A stretch of DNA of 64,000 nucleotides from an uncultured bacterium (GCA_963980225.1 CAXBYW010000003.1:32431-96430), one strand, 5' to 3'. Shown: positions 38,686 through 48,668, counted from the first letter of the stretch. Made by a program: numbers and translations. The notes: generated from the letters alone by a model not told the origin.

Positions 38686-39576
38686 ATGTTTAACCAAGAA
38701 ATAATAAACAATTTCAAAAAAAAACTAGAACAATCAGACTCTGTTTTAGTGCTTCTTCCACCAGAGCCAGACGAGCTACTAGTCAGCTCAGGACTTGGTC
38801 TTTTTTTAAGTCTGAAAAAATCAGGTAAAAAAATCCAGATAGGTTGTTCTAACCTCGACCCAGACAAGCTACCAAAACTTCAGGGTTTAAACAGCATTAA
38901 ATCAAGTATCGGTAATAAAAATCTAATAATAAACTTTCAATTCAAAGAACAGGACCTAGACAAAGTAGACTACGATGTAGACGAAAAAGGAAATTTTCAG
39001 TTAATGGTCAAACCAAAGTCTGGCTCCCTACCCCCAGATACAGAAAACATCAACTACACTTATGGTGGTGCAGATGCCGACATGGTTATTACTCTGGGTA
39101 TAAATTCACTAGAAGAACTGGGTAAGTTGTACTCAGATGAAAAAAAATTCCTAGACCAGGCTAACATTGTCAGCTTAAACAAAGACTCTCGCCCTGCTAC
39201 CTTTGCTGCTCATAATTTCCACACCAACTCCGCCAGTTCTATTGCAGAAATAGTCGCCTTTATATTAAAAAAAACCAAGACTCAACCTACCAAGGAAGCC
39301 GCCGACCATCTATTAAAAGAAATATACTCAACTACCAATAATCTAAACACCCCCAGGGTTACAGCCGACACATTTGAGATGATCGCTTTCCTTCTAAGAA
39401 ATGGAGCCAGACCACCGGCAGTATCCCGATCAACAATAAACTTCACTCCACCAGTTCCACCAATGCCCATAGCTCCAATATTTGATCAACCTCCATCCCT
39501 AACCCAGATCCCTCCTGCCCAAGTACCATCAGACTGGAAAAAGCCAAAAATCTTTCGTTCCTCTCCCAACAAGTAG
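38686..39576 (+). CDS. DHH/NrnA-like phosphoesterase-fold protein with degenerate active site
   Basis: Position after infB; GL.LSLKKSGK, ADMVITLG, ASSIAEIV, TTNNL..PRVTADTFE.IAFL pattern; no DxD or DHH motif. Confidence 0.6.
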   Translation: MFNQEIINNFKKKLEQSDSVLVLLPPEPDELLVSSGLGLFLSLKKSGKKIQIGCSNLDPDKLPKLQGLNSIKSSIGNKNLIINFQFKEQDLDKVDYDVDEKGNFQLMVKPKSGSLPPDTENINYTYGGADADMVITLGINSLEELGKLYSDEKKFLDQANIVSLNKDSRPATFAAHNFHTNSASSIAEIVAFILKKTKTQPTKEAADHLLKEIYSTTNNLNTPRVTADTFEMIAFLLRNGARPPAVSRSTINFTPPVPPMPIAPIFDQPPSLTQIPPAQVPSDWKKPKIFRSSPNK

Positions 39577-39636
39577 GTAAAACCAAAAGAAAAATATCTG
39601 ATTGACAGGAGTGTAATATAATGAGAATATAACAAT

Positions 39637-40059
39637 ATGGAAATTAATAACCCGCCCCCCGTTGAACAAGAAAAGAAGAATAGTTTTTTAGAAATAGCAA
39701 AAGGTATCGCCACTCAAAAAAGCGGTGAGTTATTGGATCGAGCTAAAAAAATTAAACCAGGACATTTAGCACTAGCGGTAGCTCTAGGCGCAGGTGCCTG
39801 GATTCTAGGTGACAGTGCAGCTGAATGGTCCATGAAGTTTGCCCACGAAGGTGAAAGTATGGTCCAGGGGTTTGCTAATATGATGGCTCAGACCGCAGAG
39901 GCTTCAGCTTATTCAGGACCCGATGCTTTAGACGCTCAAACACGATATAGTCTTGGAAGTTTCTCTTATACGTTAATACCTCTATTTGTAGGCTTAGCTG
40001 GTGGATCAATCGCTTCAGCAGCAGCAGCCTTAAGACCAGCATTTACTAGAAAACGATAA
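39637..40059 (+). CDS. Hypothetical protein with two Gly/Ala-rich hydrophobic segments
   Basis: 140-aa ORF with ATG start, TATAAT at 39617-39622. Confidence 0.6.
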   Translation: MEINNPPPVEQEKKNSFLEIAKGIATQKSGELLDRAKKIKPGHLALAVALGAGAWILGDSAAEWSMKFAHEGESMVQGFANMMAQTAEASAYSGPDALDAQTRYSLGSFSYTLIPLFVGLAGGSIASAAAALRPAFTRKR

Positions 40060-40062
40060 AAC

Positions 40063-40446
40063 ATGACTACTGCCACTGTCCCACACATCACAATCCTTGG
40101 TTTAATCGACTTTTTAATGGATCAACTTGAAATTAAGGCAGATCGCTTAGAGGTCCGCAACCAACTTCTGTCGGCCATTATGGCTGGGTTAAATTCAAAG
40201 TTGCTAGACAACCCTCAAATATCTAGTAAGATGGGAGAGATCTCCACTCAACTTTCCGAGCAAGATCCTTTCGATAAAAACCTACAAAAAATCACTAACC
40301 ATTTGGTCAAATCAGACCTATCCGAAATCAATACAACTACTATTTTATTAACTGAGGCAAAAGATGTTTTAACAGCTTTTGTAACCAAGACAGAGGTAAG
40401 TAATAAAAAAGAACTTCTAGACAACATAAGCATCTTACTATCATAG
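40063..40446 (+). CDS. Hypothetical helical protein
   Basis: 127-aa ORF starting 3 nt after the previous stop. Confidence 0.55.
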   Translation: MTTATVPHITILGLIDFLMDQLEIKADRLEVRNQLLSAIMAGLNSKLLDNPQISSKMGEISTQLSEQDPFDKNLQKITNHLVKSDLSEINTTTILLTEAKDVLTAFVTKTEVSNKKELLDNISILLS

Positions 40447-40461
40447 TTTCCTACTACACCA

Positions 40462-40490
40462 TTGATTTTATTGCTCATTCAATGTAAAAT
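40462..40490 (+). promoter_or_regulatory. rpsO promoter
   Basis: TTGATT (40462-40467), 17 bp, TAAAAT (40485-40490), 10 nt before ATG 40501. Confidence 0.55.
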
Positions 40491-40500
40491 ACACCACCGT

Positions 40501-40770
40501 ATGGCATTAGATTCAAAACTAAAAGAAAAAATAATCACTAAATTTGCTGCAAGCAAAAAAGATACTGGTTCTCCTAGGGTGCAAATTGCTCTCTTAAGTA
40601 ATCAAATCAACCAGTTAACTAGTCATTTAAAAGCGCACAAAAAAGACAATCACTCAAGAAGAGGTCTTTTAAAGATCATAAGTAAAAGAAGACGACTGTT
40701 AAATTATTTAAATTCAAAAAATCCAAAAGATTTCAAAGGTTTGGTCAAAGAATTAAAAATTAGCGCATAA
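40501..40770 (+). CDS. rpsO: 30S ribosomal protein S15
   Basis: DTGSPRVQIALL, HLKAHKKDNHSRRGLLK, KRRRLLNYL. Start set to ATG 40501. Confidence 0.96.
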   Translation: MALDSKLKEKIITKFAASKKDTGSPRVQIALLSNQINQLTSHLKAHKKDNHSRRGLLKIISKRRRLLNYLNSKNPKDFKGLVKELKISA

Positions 40771-40781
40771 AATTATTAAAA

Positions 40782-40867
40782 AGGAAAAGTAAGTTCAGTT
40801 TGAGGAGTAAATAGAGGTCAATAAAGAATGATTTCTCTTTTCTTCTTAAACAATCACAACTTTTCTT
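40782..40867 (+). promoter_or_regulatory. Long imperfect stem-loop in the rpsO-pnp intergenic region
   Basis: Nested helices AGGAAAAGT/ACTTTTCTT, GTTTGAGGAG/CTTCTTAAAC and AGAGGTCA/TGATTTCT (with G-U pairs), 8-nt loop. Confidence 0.65.
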
Positions 40868-40887
40868 ATATTAAGAAAGGAAACAAA

Positions 40888-43104
40888 ATGAAAATTCATT
40901 CCACCACCATCGATTTAGATGGTAAAAAAATAACATTAGAAACCGGGCTTTTAGCTCCTCAAGCTTCTGGTGCTGTTACTGCTCGTTGTGGCGACACATT
41001 AGTTTTGGCCACCGTAGTAAACGGAGGTGAAGTAGAAGGGTTAGATTATTTTCCCTTACAGGTAGAGTACAGAGACAAACATTACGCAGGTGGCATAATC
41101 TCTTCTTCTAGGTTTGTAAAAAGAGAAACCAGGCCATCAGATAACGAGACTTTAACAGCAAGACTAATAGACCGTTCTATTAGACCTCTCTTCCCAGAAG
41201 GATATAAGGAAGAAGTTCAAGTGTTGGTAAACCCTCTAGCTATAGACGGTGTAAACGAACCAGAAATCTTGGGAGCAATCGCTACCTCTGCAGCTTTGGC
41301 AATCTCTAACATTCCTTGGAATGGTCCCCTGGGAGCCGTCCGTATGGGTACAGATAAAGATGGTAAGTTTTTAACAAACCCCACCAATGAACAAATAAAA
41401 GAATCAAAATTAGACCTACTAGTCTCTGGTACTGCTGATTCTATTGCCATGGTAGAGACAGCTGCTCAAGAGGCGACCGAAGAAACAGTTTTGAAAGCTC
41501 TAAAAGCAAGTCAGCCCCATCTAGACACCATTGTTTCAGCCATAAACGAACTAGTCGCTAAGGTCTCTCCTACAAAAACCAAAGTGGTTACAAAAGACCT
41601 AGACAAGGACAAGGTTGCTTTAGTAAAAAAAGAACTAGGCAGTCTAGAAGATTTAGTCAAAGGACTGGCCGACAAGACTGTGGGTTTCTCACCTACCGTC
41701 AAAGCAGTAACTGAAAAACACGAAGATTTAACTGGTAAAGAGGTCAGTAAAATAATAGACAGTCTAACCAAAGACTTCATCAGAGAGCAAACCTTAGATA
41801 AGAACATTCGCCCAGACGGTCGTTCTCCAGAAGATATTAGAGATATAAGCTCACAAGTTTCTCTGATTCCCATGGTCCACGGTTCCGGTCTTTTCCAAAG
41901 AGGACTAACTCATGTTTTAAGTATAGTTACTCTAGCTAGCCCAGACAAAGAACAGTTAATCGACGGCATGAAAGGTGAAGAAACCAAAAGATATATTCAT
42001 CACTACAATATGCCAGGTTACGCTGTGGGAGAACCTAGAAGAATGGGTTTCACCAACAGACGTGAGGTTGGCCACGGTGCTCTAGCCAGCAAGGCTCTTG
42101 AACCAGTACTGCCTTCTCATGACAAATTCCCTTACACGATAAGAGTCGTCTCTGAAGTAATGTCTGGAAACGGCAGCACATCTCAGGGTGCAGTTTGTGG
42201 ATCTACTCTTTCTTTAATGGACGCTGGTGTTCCAATTAAAAGTCCAGTTGCTGGTGTTGCCATGGGTCTTATTACCGATGGTAAAAAATACATAACCCTA
42301 AGTGATATTAGTGGTTTAGAGGATCATACAGGAGACATGGACTTCAAGGTCGCTGGAACCAAAGAGGGTATCACCGCCATCCAGATGGACGTAAAGGTTC
42401 CTGGTGTGAGCGCAGATGTTTTAGGTGAAGCTTTAGAACAAGCCAAGAAAGCTAGGCTTCATATATTGGAGAAAATGCTCAAAGCCATTGATAAACCAAG
42501 AGAGAAGATTAGTCCAAACGCTCCTCACATAGAAACCATAACTATCGACCCAGAAAAAATCGGCGAAATCATTGGGCCCGGTGGTAAGATAATCCGCCAA
42601 ATCCAAAAAGATTTTGAGGTGGAGATTGGTGTGGAAGACACTGGTGTTATAAGTATCACTGGTAAAAAAGCTGATAAAACTCAAGAGGCCAAAGAATATA
42701 TTACCAATATGACTGCAGAGGCTGAGGTAGGAAAAATCTATAAAGGCATGGTCACTAGAGTTGAGCCTTACGGCGCTTTTGTAGAAGTTCTACCAGGTAA
42801 ACAGGGTTTAATTCATATCTCCAAACTAAGCAATGATTATGTGGATAATGCTAGTGATGTTGTTAGTGTGGGTGATTCCATGGAGGTCAAGGTTTACGAA
42901 GTAGATGACCAGGGAAGAATTAACCTACAACCGGCGAACATGGCTCCTAAATCCATCGATCGTCCTCGACCTTCAGGCCAGTCAAGTAGAGGTAAGACTT
43001 TTTCATCTGCTGAGAAACCAAGGTTTCAGGTTGGTGATAAACCAAGGTCAAGTAGACCAGCAAGGTCTCAAAGACCAGCCAAAAAGTTCCAAGACCACCG
43101 ATAA
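40888..43104 (+). CDS. pnp: Polyribonucleotide nucleotidyltransferase (PNPase)
   Basis: DYFPLQVEY, ARLIDRSIRPLFP, RREVGHG, SNGSTS-like SGNGSTS, GDMDFKVAGT, KH and S1 domains. Start set to ATG 40888 after AAAGGA. Confidence 0.96.
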   Translation: MKIHSTTIDLDGKKITLETGLLAPQASGAVTARCGDTLVLATVVNGGEVEGLDYFPLQVEYRDKHYAGGIISSSRFVKRETRPSDNETLTARLIDRSIRPLFPEGYKEEVQVLVNPLAIDGVNEPEILGAIATSAALAISNIPWNGPLGAVRMGTDKDGKFLTNPTNEQIKESKLDLLVSGTADSIAMVETAAQEATEETVLKALKASQPHLDTIVSAINELVAKVSPTKTKVVTKDLDKDKVALVKKELGSLEDLVKGLADKTVGFSPTVKAVTEKHEDLTGKEVSKIIDSLTKDFIREQTLDKNIRPDGRSPEDIRDISSQVSLIPMVHGSGLFQRGLTHVLSIVTLASPDKEQLIDGMKGEETKRYIHHYNMPGYAVGEPRRMGFTNRREVGHGALASKALEPVLPSHDKFPYTIRVVSEVMSGNGSTSQGAVCGSTLSLMDAGVPIKSPVAGVAMGLITDGKKYITLSDISGLEDHTGDMDFKVAGTKEGITAIQMDVKVPGVSADVLGEALEQAKKARLHILEKMLKAIDKPREKISPNAPHIETITIDPEKIGEIIGPGGKIIRQIQKDFEVEIGVEDTGVISITGKKADKTQEAKEYITNMTAEAEVGKIYKGMVTRVEPYGAFVEVLPGKQGLIHISKLSNDYVDNASDVVSVGDSMEVKVYEVDDQGRINLQPANMAPKSIDRPRPSGQSSRGKTFSSAEKPRFQVGDKPRSSRPARSQRPAKKFQDHR

Positions 43105-43125
43105 TTTCGTATACTAAAAGCTACC

Positions 43126-44184
43126 ATGCCCACTCAAAATAACCAAGAACTGGTAAAAAAAGACATACTTGATCTCCAGCAAAAACTAAAATCTGTCAGT
43201 CTTCCCGGAGACTTAAGTCTAAAAGCAAGTTCTATGGTAGATAGGTTGGAGAGAATGTTCTTTCAGGGTTTCTATTCCCAAGAATTTGAAAAGACTCGTC
43301 ACTATATAGATTGGATAACCAAGGTTCCTTGGGACAAGCGAGCTGAAAGAGCCATAGATCTCACTCTTATAAAAAACACCTTAGACAAACATCACCATGG
43401 TATGGGAGAGGTTAAAGAAAGAATATTAGAGTACATGTCTGTTTTAAAACTTAGAACAGAAAAAGGTCTGGGCACCGCTAGGGCCCCCATTATATTTCTT
43501 GTCGGCTTAGTTGGTACAGGAAAAACTACTTTTGCCTACGCTCTATCAGAAGCCCTTGGTCGTCCAGTTGCCAGGGTCCCCTTTGGTGGTATGGGGAGTG
43601 CCAGAGATCTAAGAGGTCAGTCTAGCCTACATCTAGAGTCAGAACCAGGCCACATAATTAAAGCCCTAACTCAAGTTAACGTTAAAAACCCAATTATCTT
43701 ACTAGACGAAATCGATAGGGTTACAGAAGAAGCTCGTGCAGACATAATGGGTGTTTTGGTAGAACTTCTAGATCCCAGTCAAAATAATCGTTTCTTAGAT
43801 CACTACATAGACCACCCAGTGGATCTTTCAGAGGTCCTCTTTATTGCTACTGGCAATAACACAAGTAATGTTGCCACAGCAGTTTTAGACAGACTAGAAC
43901 CGATAAGAATGCCTAGCTATACAGACCAAGAGAAAATCACCATTGCCAAGGACTATCTTCTACCCAAAGCAATTGAACTAGCAGGTTTAGATGTAAACAC
44001 AATTATTATAGATGAGGAACTTTGGCCAAACATCGTCAGGCCACTAGGATATGATGCTGGTATAAGAACTCTAAATAGAAACATAGAAGGAATTGTTAGA
44101 AAAACAGCTAAAATGATAGTAGAGAAAAAAGCTCAAACAATCCATCTGACTAAAGACAATATTAAAGATTACTTACCTAAATAA
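43126..44184 (+). CDS. Lon-type AAA+ ATPase module lacking the N-domain and the Ser-Lys protease domain
   Basis: YIDWI..VPW, LDKHHHGM.EVKERILEY, GLVGTGKTT, NPIILLDEID, LLDPSQN..F.DHY, VLDRLE, GIRTL; stops at ...NIKDYLPK. Confidence 0.85.
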   Translation: MPTQNNQELVKKDILDLQQKLKSVSLPGDLSLKASSMVDRLERMFFQGFYSQEFEKTRHYIDWITKVPWDKRAERAIDLTLIKNTLDKHHHGMGEVKERILEYMSVLKLRTEKGLGTARAPIIFLVGLVGTGKTTFAYALSEALGRPVARVPFGGMGSARDLRGQSSLHLESEPGHIIKALTQVNVKNPIILLDEIDRVTEEARADIMGVLVELLDPSQNNRFLDHYIDHPVDLSEVLFIATGNNTSNVATAVLDRLEPIRMPSYTDQEKITIAKDYLLPKAIELAGLDVNTIIIDEELWPNIVRPLGYDAGIRTLNRNIEGIVRKTAKMIVEKKAQTIHLTKDNIKDYLPK

Positions 44185-44189
44185 AACAA

Positions 44190-45854
44190 ATGAAACCAAT
44201 CAACAGTCCTAAATTAAAGCTAATACCTCTTGGTGGAGTAGGTGAAGTCACTAAAAACATGTATGTATACGAGTACGGCAAGTTCCAACTAATCGTCGAT
44301 TGTGGCATTGGTTTCCCAGATGACTCCACTCCAGGTGTAGATTTTCTAATTCCAGATATATCTTACCTAGAGAAGTCAAAGAAAAAAATACTTGGAATTA
44401 TTGTTACTCATGGTCACATGGATCACTATGGCGGTTTACCCTTTATCCTTCCCAGACTTCCAAACGTTCTAGTATTTGGTTCCACCTTGGCTATGGCCAT
44501 GACAGAGGCAAGGATTAGAGAGTATGGGCTAAAAACTAAGCTTCAGGTCGTAGAAAAAGAATTAAAGCTTGGTCCGTTCTCTATAGAATTTGTCCACATG
44601 ACTCATTCCACTCCAAACGCAAAACATCTTTTTATCAAAACTCCGACTGCCAGTGTTTACCATGGCGCAGACTATAAAATAGACCTTAATCCACCAGACA
44701 ACAAACCACCAGACCTAGCCACCGTCGCCAGAATAGGAAAGCAAGGTGTTGACCTGTTTCTAACAGACTGTTTGGGTATAGAAAAAGAAGGTTCAACTCC
44801 ATCAGAAAAGCTGATTCAAAATACCTTAGACGAGCAGGTAAGGACCACTAAGGGAAAGTTTATTTTAACCACCATCTCCTCATCTATTTCTAGAATAGAA
44901 ATGGCTATACAAGCAGCTACTAAACACAATCGTAAGGTTGCTTTAGTTGGTTTCTCCGTTGTTAAAAACGTAGAAATGGCTCAAAAACTTGGTTTCATTA
45001 ATATTCCCAAAGGAGCAATAATAAAGGCAGAGCAAGTAAAACATCTTCCTCCTCATCAAGTAGCCATAATCATTGCTGGTGCTCAAGGTCAAGTGGGGTC
45101 TGGGCTTTACAAGTTAGCAGCAGGAGAACACCGCCACCTTAAACTACAGTCTCAAGACAAAGTAGTATTAAGTTCTAGTGTTATTCCCGGTAGTGAATCT
45201 GGAGTCTATAACCTAATTGACACACTTTATCAGCAAGGAGTGTCTGTTTCTTACTTCGGAAACACCAAAAACCTTCACGTTTCCGGCCATGGGTACAAGC
45301 AAGATTTAAAACTACTCCTTAATTTAGCCAACCCTAAAAACGTTATTCCAATAGGTGGAGACATAAGGCATATGTATCTTTATCAAGAAATGGCTCTTGA
45401 GTCTGGCTATACCAAACAGCAATCTCCAATTTTAAAGGATGGTCAAACCATAATAATAGACCAGGGTAAATTAAGCGATGGCGGGCACGTAGACAACAAA
45501 AACATATACGTAGACGGATTAGGTGTGGGCGACGTCGGCTCTACAATCTTAAGGGACAGGCAAGCAATGGCTTCGGATGGGATCCTACTAGCAGTAATTC
45601 CCATCAGCTCTCAAACCAGCCAGGTAGTTGGAAACATAGAGATAATTTCCAAGGGTTTTGTCTATATGAAAAAATCTAAGTCTTTAATAGAAAAAACCAA
45701 AACAAATATTAATGAAAGTTTAAAAGGACTCCAAAAAACAAAAATAAAAGATGAGATATATATTAAAAAAAGAGTAGAAGAATCGCTAGAGAAATATCTC
45801 TACCAACAAACAGAAAGAAGGCCCTTAATAATTGCCGTCCTCCTTAAAGTTTAA
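44190..45854 (+). CDS. rnj: Ribonuclease J
   Basis: PLGGVGEVTKNM, THGHMDH, THS, DYKID, HVSGH, LRDR..MA.DG, RRPLI. Confidence 0.94.
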   Translation: MKPINSPKLKLIPLGGVGEVTKNMYVYEYGKFQLIVDCGIGFPDDSTPGVDFLIPDISYLEKSKKKILGIIVTHGHMDHYGGLPFILPRLPNVLVFGSTLAMAMTEARIREYGLKTKLQVVEKELKLGPFSIEFVHMTHSTPNAKHLFIKTPTASVYHGADYKIDLNPPDNKPPDLATVARIGKQGVDLFLTDCLGIEKEGSTPSEKLIQNTLDEQVRTTKGKFILTTISSSISRIEMAIQAATKHNRKVALVGFSVVKNVEMAQKLGFINIPKGAIIKAEQVKHLPPHQVAIIIAGAQGQVGSGLYKLAAGEHRHLKLQSQDKVVLSSSVIPGSESGVYNLIDTLYQQGVSVSYFGNTKNLHVSGHGYKQDLKLLLNLANPKNVIPIGGDIRHMYLYQEMALESGYTKQQSPILKDGQTIIIDQGKLSDGGHVDNKNIYVDGLGVGDVGSTILRDRQAMASDGILLAVIPISSQTSQVVGNIEIISKGFVYMKKSKSLIEKTKTNINESLKGLQKTKIKDEIYIKKRVEESLEKYLYQQTERRPLIIAVLLKV

Positions 45855-45872
45855 GTTATACTAAACATACTT

Positions 45873-47990
45873 ATGGCTAGAAAACGTGGAAGAAGATCCA
45901 AACCTTTCAAACTTAATTTAAAAAAAGACACAACCAACTCAATATTGGCCATTATCATCGTCTCTATTGGGGGTCTTTTAGCCATCTCTTTTTCTAGGCA
46001 AGGACCAATTTTGAGTACAGTTTATGACACGGGAAGCAACCTTCTTGGTTGGACATACATACTGACTCCATTTATTTTTGTGTCCAGTGGATTGCTACTT
46101 ACTAAAGTTAAGTGGCCAATAGCCACTCCTCAGGTATTTATAGGTTCTCTGGTTACTTTAATCTCGTTTTCAGGACTTACTAAATCTGGCCAGGTTGGTC
46201 AACAACTTTTCCTGTCTATTGGTGCGTTAATTACTTCACCAGGAGCATACTTGTTCTACTTAGCCGGTGTTTTTATTGGTGTAATTGTTCTTTTTGAGAC
46301 ATCAATAGAGGATCTTTCTGTTGGTTTTAATACTCTCAATAAAAAGATAAAAAAAATCTTATCCGGTTTTAAATCATCCACCTCCAAACGACCCGCTTTT
46401 TCGACTAAGCCAGGTAAATTTAAAATTAAAGGCCTCTCTTCCGAAGACAAAAAGGAAGAAGACGTCAGTTCATCACCTCCAAAAAACATTCCTCCGATTA
46501 GATCTAATATAGAGGCCCAACCAACAACTAAAACAGAAAACCTTATCTGGAATCCACCACCACTCAGTCTACTATCAAGTGAAAAATCAGCCAAAGCCGA
46601 TCGGGGTGACATTAATGCAAACGCTGCCATTATAGAAAAAACTCTTGATTCATTTGGTATTGCCGCCAAGGTAGTAGAAGTAAACCAGGGTCCAGCTGTT
46701 ACTCAATACGCAATCGAGATAGCTTTGGGTACAAAATTAAGTAAAATAACCGCCCGTCAATCGGATCTTGCCTTGGCCTTAGCTGCCCCTCAAGGCCACA
46801 TCAGAATAGAAGCTCCAATTCCTGGGAGATCCTTAGTTGGTGTTGAGATTCCCAATAAATCCTTAGAGTTTGTTTCCATCAGAGAGATGCTTAGTTCAAA
46901 TGCGATGAAAGAGAAAAAATCTCGTACCATAGTTGCCTTAGGTTTAGATGTTGCTGGCGAACCTACAGTTGCAGATATTGCTAAAATGCCTCACACGCTT
47001 ATCGCCGGCGCCACAGGTTCTGGAAAATCAGTAACAATCAATTCATTTATCGCATCAATTCTTTTTAGGGCTTCACCAGAAGAGGTCAAGTTTATTATGG
47101 TAGACCCTAAAAGGGTTGAGCTCACTGGATACAACGGTATCCCTCACTTATTAACCCCAGTCATTGTAGACCCAGAAAAAGTGGTCAATGCTCTTGGTTG
47201 GGCCACCGCAGAGATGGAAAGACGATATAAGCTCTTCCAGGAAGTTGGTGTAAGAAATATTGCTGCTTACAATGAACTATCTGGCTTCCAAGCAATGCCA
47301 TTTATTGTCATAATAATAGATGAGCTAGCAGATATCATGCTAATTGCTCCAAATGAAGTAGAAGAGAAGATTACTCGACTTGCCCAAATGGCTAGAGCGG
47401 TGGGAATTCATCTAGTCCTTGCCACACAAAGACCATCTGTGAATGTCATTACGGGTTTAATCAAAGCCAATATTCCTTGTAGAATTGCTTTTCAAGTCAC
47501 CTCTATGATCGATTCAAGAGTTATTATTGATACTCCTGGTGCAGAAAAATTACTAGGTAGGGGAGATATGTTATATGTTCCTCCAGATCAGGCGAAACCA
47601 AAACGAATCCAAGGAGCCTTCATCTCAGATAAGGAAATCAAAGATTTGATCAGTCACTTAAAAAGCACCAACACTACCCCAGAATATGAAGAGGAGATCA
47701 TACAAAAGATAAGTACTTCTGCCGCAGTCGGATTAGACGGTCAAGACATGGGGGACTTAGACGATTTATTCAAAGAGGCAGTTAGTGTTTGTCTGAACAA
47801 CAACAAAGCATCCGCCTCATTATTGCAACGCCGACTTTCCATTGGGTATGCCCGTGCCGCCAGAATAATAGATCAGTTGGAAAGATCCGGTTTAGTATCC
47901 GCACCAGAAGGTAATAAGCCTAGAGAAGTATTATCAGAAGGAGCCAAAGCATTCCTTTTGAAAAATCCTGCCGGGGACGATTCTAATTAA
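45873..47990 (+). CDS. ftsK: DNA translocase FtsK/SpoIIIE
   Basis: N-terminal TM domain, PH.LIAGATGSGKS, DPKRVEL, IDELAD, ATQRPS, gamma domain SASLLQRRLSIGYARAAR. Confidence 0.96.
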   Translation: MARKRGRRSKPFKLNLKKDTTNSILAIIIVSIGGLLAISFSRQGPILSTVYDTGSNLLGWTYILTPFIFVSSGLLLTKVKWPIATPQVFIGSLVTLISFSGLTKSGQVGQQLFLSIGALITSPGAYLFYLAGVFIGVIVLFETSIEDLSVGFNTLNKKIKKILSGFKSSTSKRPAFSTKPGKFKIKGLSSEDKKEEDVSSSPPKNIPPIRSNIEAQPTTKTENLIWNPPPLSLLSSEKSAKADRGDINANAAIIEKTLDSFGIAAKVVEVNQGPAVTQYAIEIALGTKLSKITARQSDLALALAAPQGHIRIEAPIPGRSLVGVEIPNKSLEFVSIREMLSSNAMKEKKSRTIVALGLDVAGEPTVADIAKMPHTLIAGATGSGKSVTINSFIASILFRASPEEVKFIMVDPKRVELTGYNGIPHLLTPVIVDPEKVVNALGWATAEMERRYKLFQEVGVRNIAAYNELSGFQAMPFIVIIIDELADIMLIAPNEVEEKITRLAQMARAVGIHLVLATQRPSVNVITGLIKANIPCRIAFQVTSMIDSRVIIDTPGAEKLLGRGDMLYVPPDQAKPKRIQGAFISDKEIKDLISHLKSTNTTPEYEEEIIQKISTSAAVGLDGQDMGDLDDLFKEAVSVCLNNNKASASLLQRRLSIGYARAARIIDQLERSGLVSAPEGNKPREVLSEGAKAFLLKNPAGDDSN

Positions 47991-47997
47991 ATAAACT

Positions 47998-48624
47998 ATG
48001 AAAACGGTAGGAGAACTACTTGTCAATGCTAGAACATCTAAGAATATTACTATTGAAAGTCTGTCTATTATCACCAAAATAGACCCAGACCATATTCGAA
48101 ATCTAGAAAAAAACCAATACGACAAACTTCCCCCTCCTACATTTATCAAAGGGTTCATAAGAAATATATCCACAGTGCTTGACCAAAACCCAGAGGAATT
48201 GATAGCTGTTTTTCGTCGCGACTACCTTTCTCCTAAACCTAATCAAAATCCCACTATCATAAAAAAGAAAACAAAGAAAAAATTGCAGGTTAATTCTCAA
48301 TTATCATTAGTATTTTTGGGTGCTGCCATCTTTGTTCTCTATCTTGGTTTTCAGCTTCGGGCCTATGTTGTTCCACCGAAACTAAGCATAACTCAACCTT
48401 TACCTAAGGCGGTTGTTACTTCTCCGCTGTCAATAGAGGGTCTCACCGACTCAGGATCCATAGTCCAGGTAAATCAAAACACTCCTTTATATCCAGACTC
48501 TTCAGGTTATTTTATAACTAACATATCACTTCCTTCCATGGAAACAGAAATAGAAGTCACTAGTACAAATCGTTTTGGTAGAACCACCAAAAAATCAATT
48601 CCTATCACCATTATTACCCAGTGA
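47998..48624 (+). CDS. RodZ-like HTH membrane protein with C-terminal Ig-like domain
   Basis: VGELL..AR, TKI...I..LE..Y..LP..FIKGFIRN HTH, one TM, PPKL.I..P; follows ftsK. Confidence 0.75.
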   Translation: MKTVGELLVNARTSKNITIESLSIITKIDPDHIRNLEKNQYDKLPPPTFIKGFIRNISTVLDQNPEELIAVFRRDYLSPKPNQNPTIIKKKTKKKLQVNSQLSLVFLGAAIFVLYLGFQLRAYVVPPKLSITQPLPKAVVTSPLSIEGLTDSGSIVQVNQNTPLYPDSSGYFITNISLPSMETEIEVTSTNRFGRTTKKSIPITIITQ

Positions 48625-48668
48625 GGCAAAAAGTTGCATTATAGTAACTAAAATAGCATACTTAAATA

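Noticed and set aside
39602-39622. TTGACA and TATAAT upstream of 39637 as one promoter
   Set aside because: Only 9 bp apart, incompatible with a single sigma70 promoter
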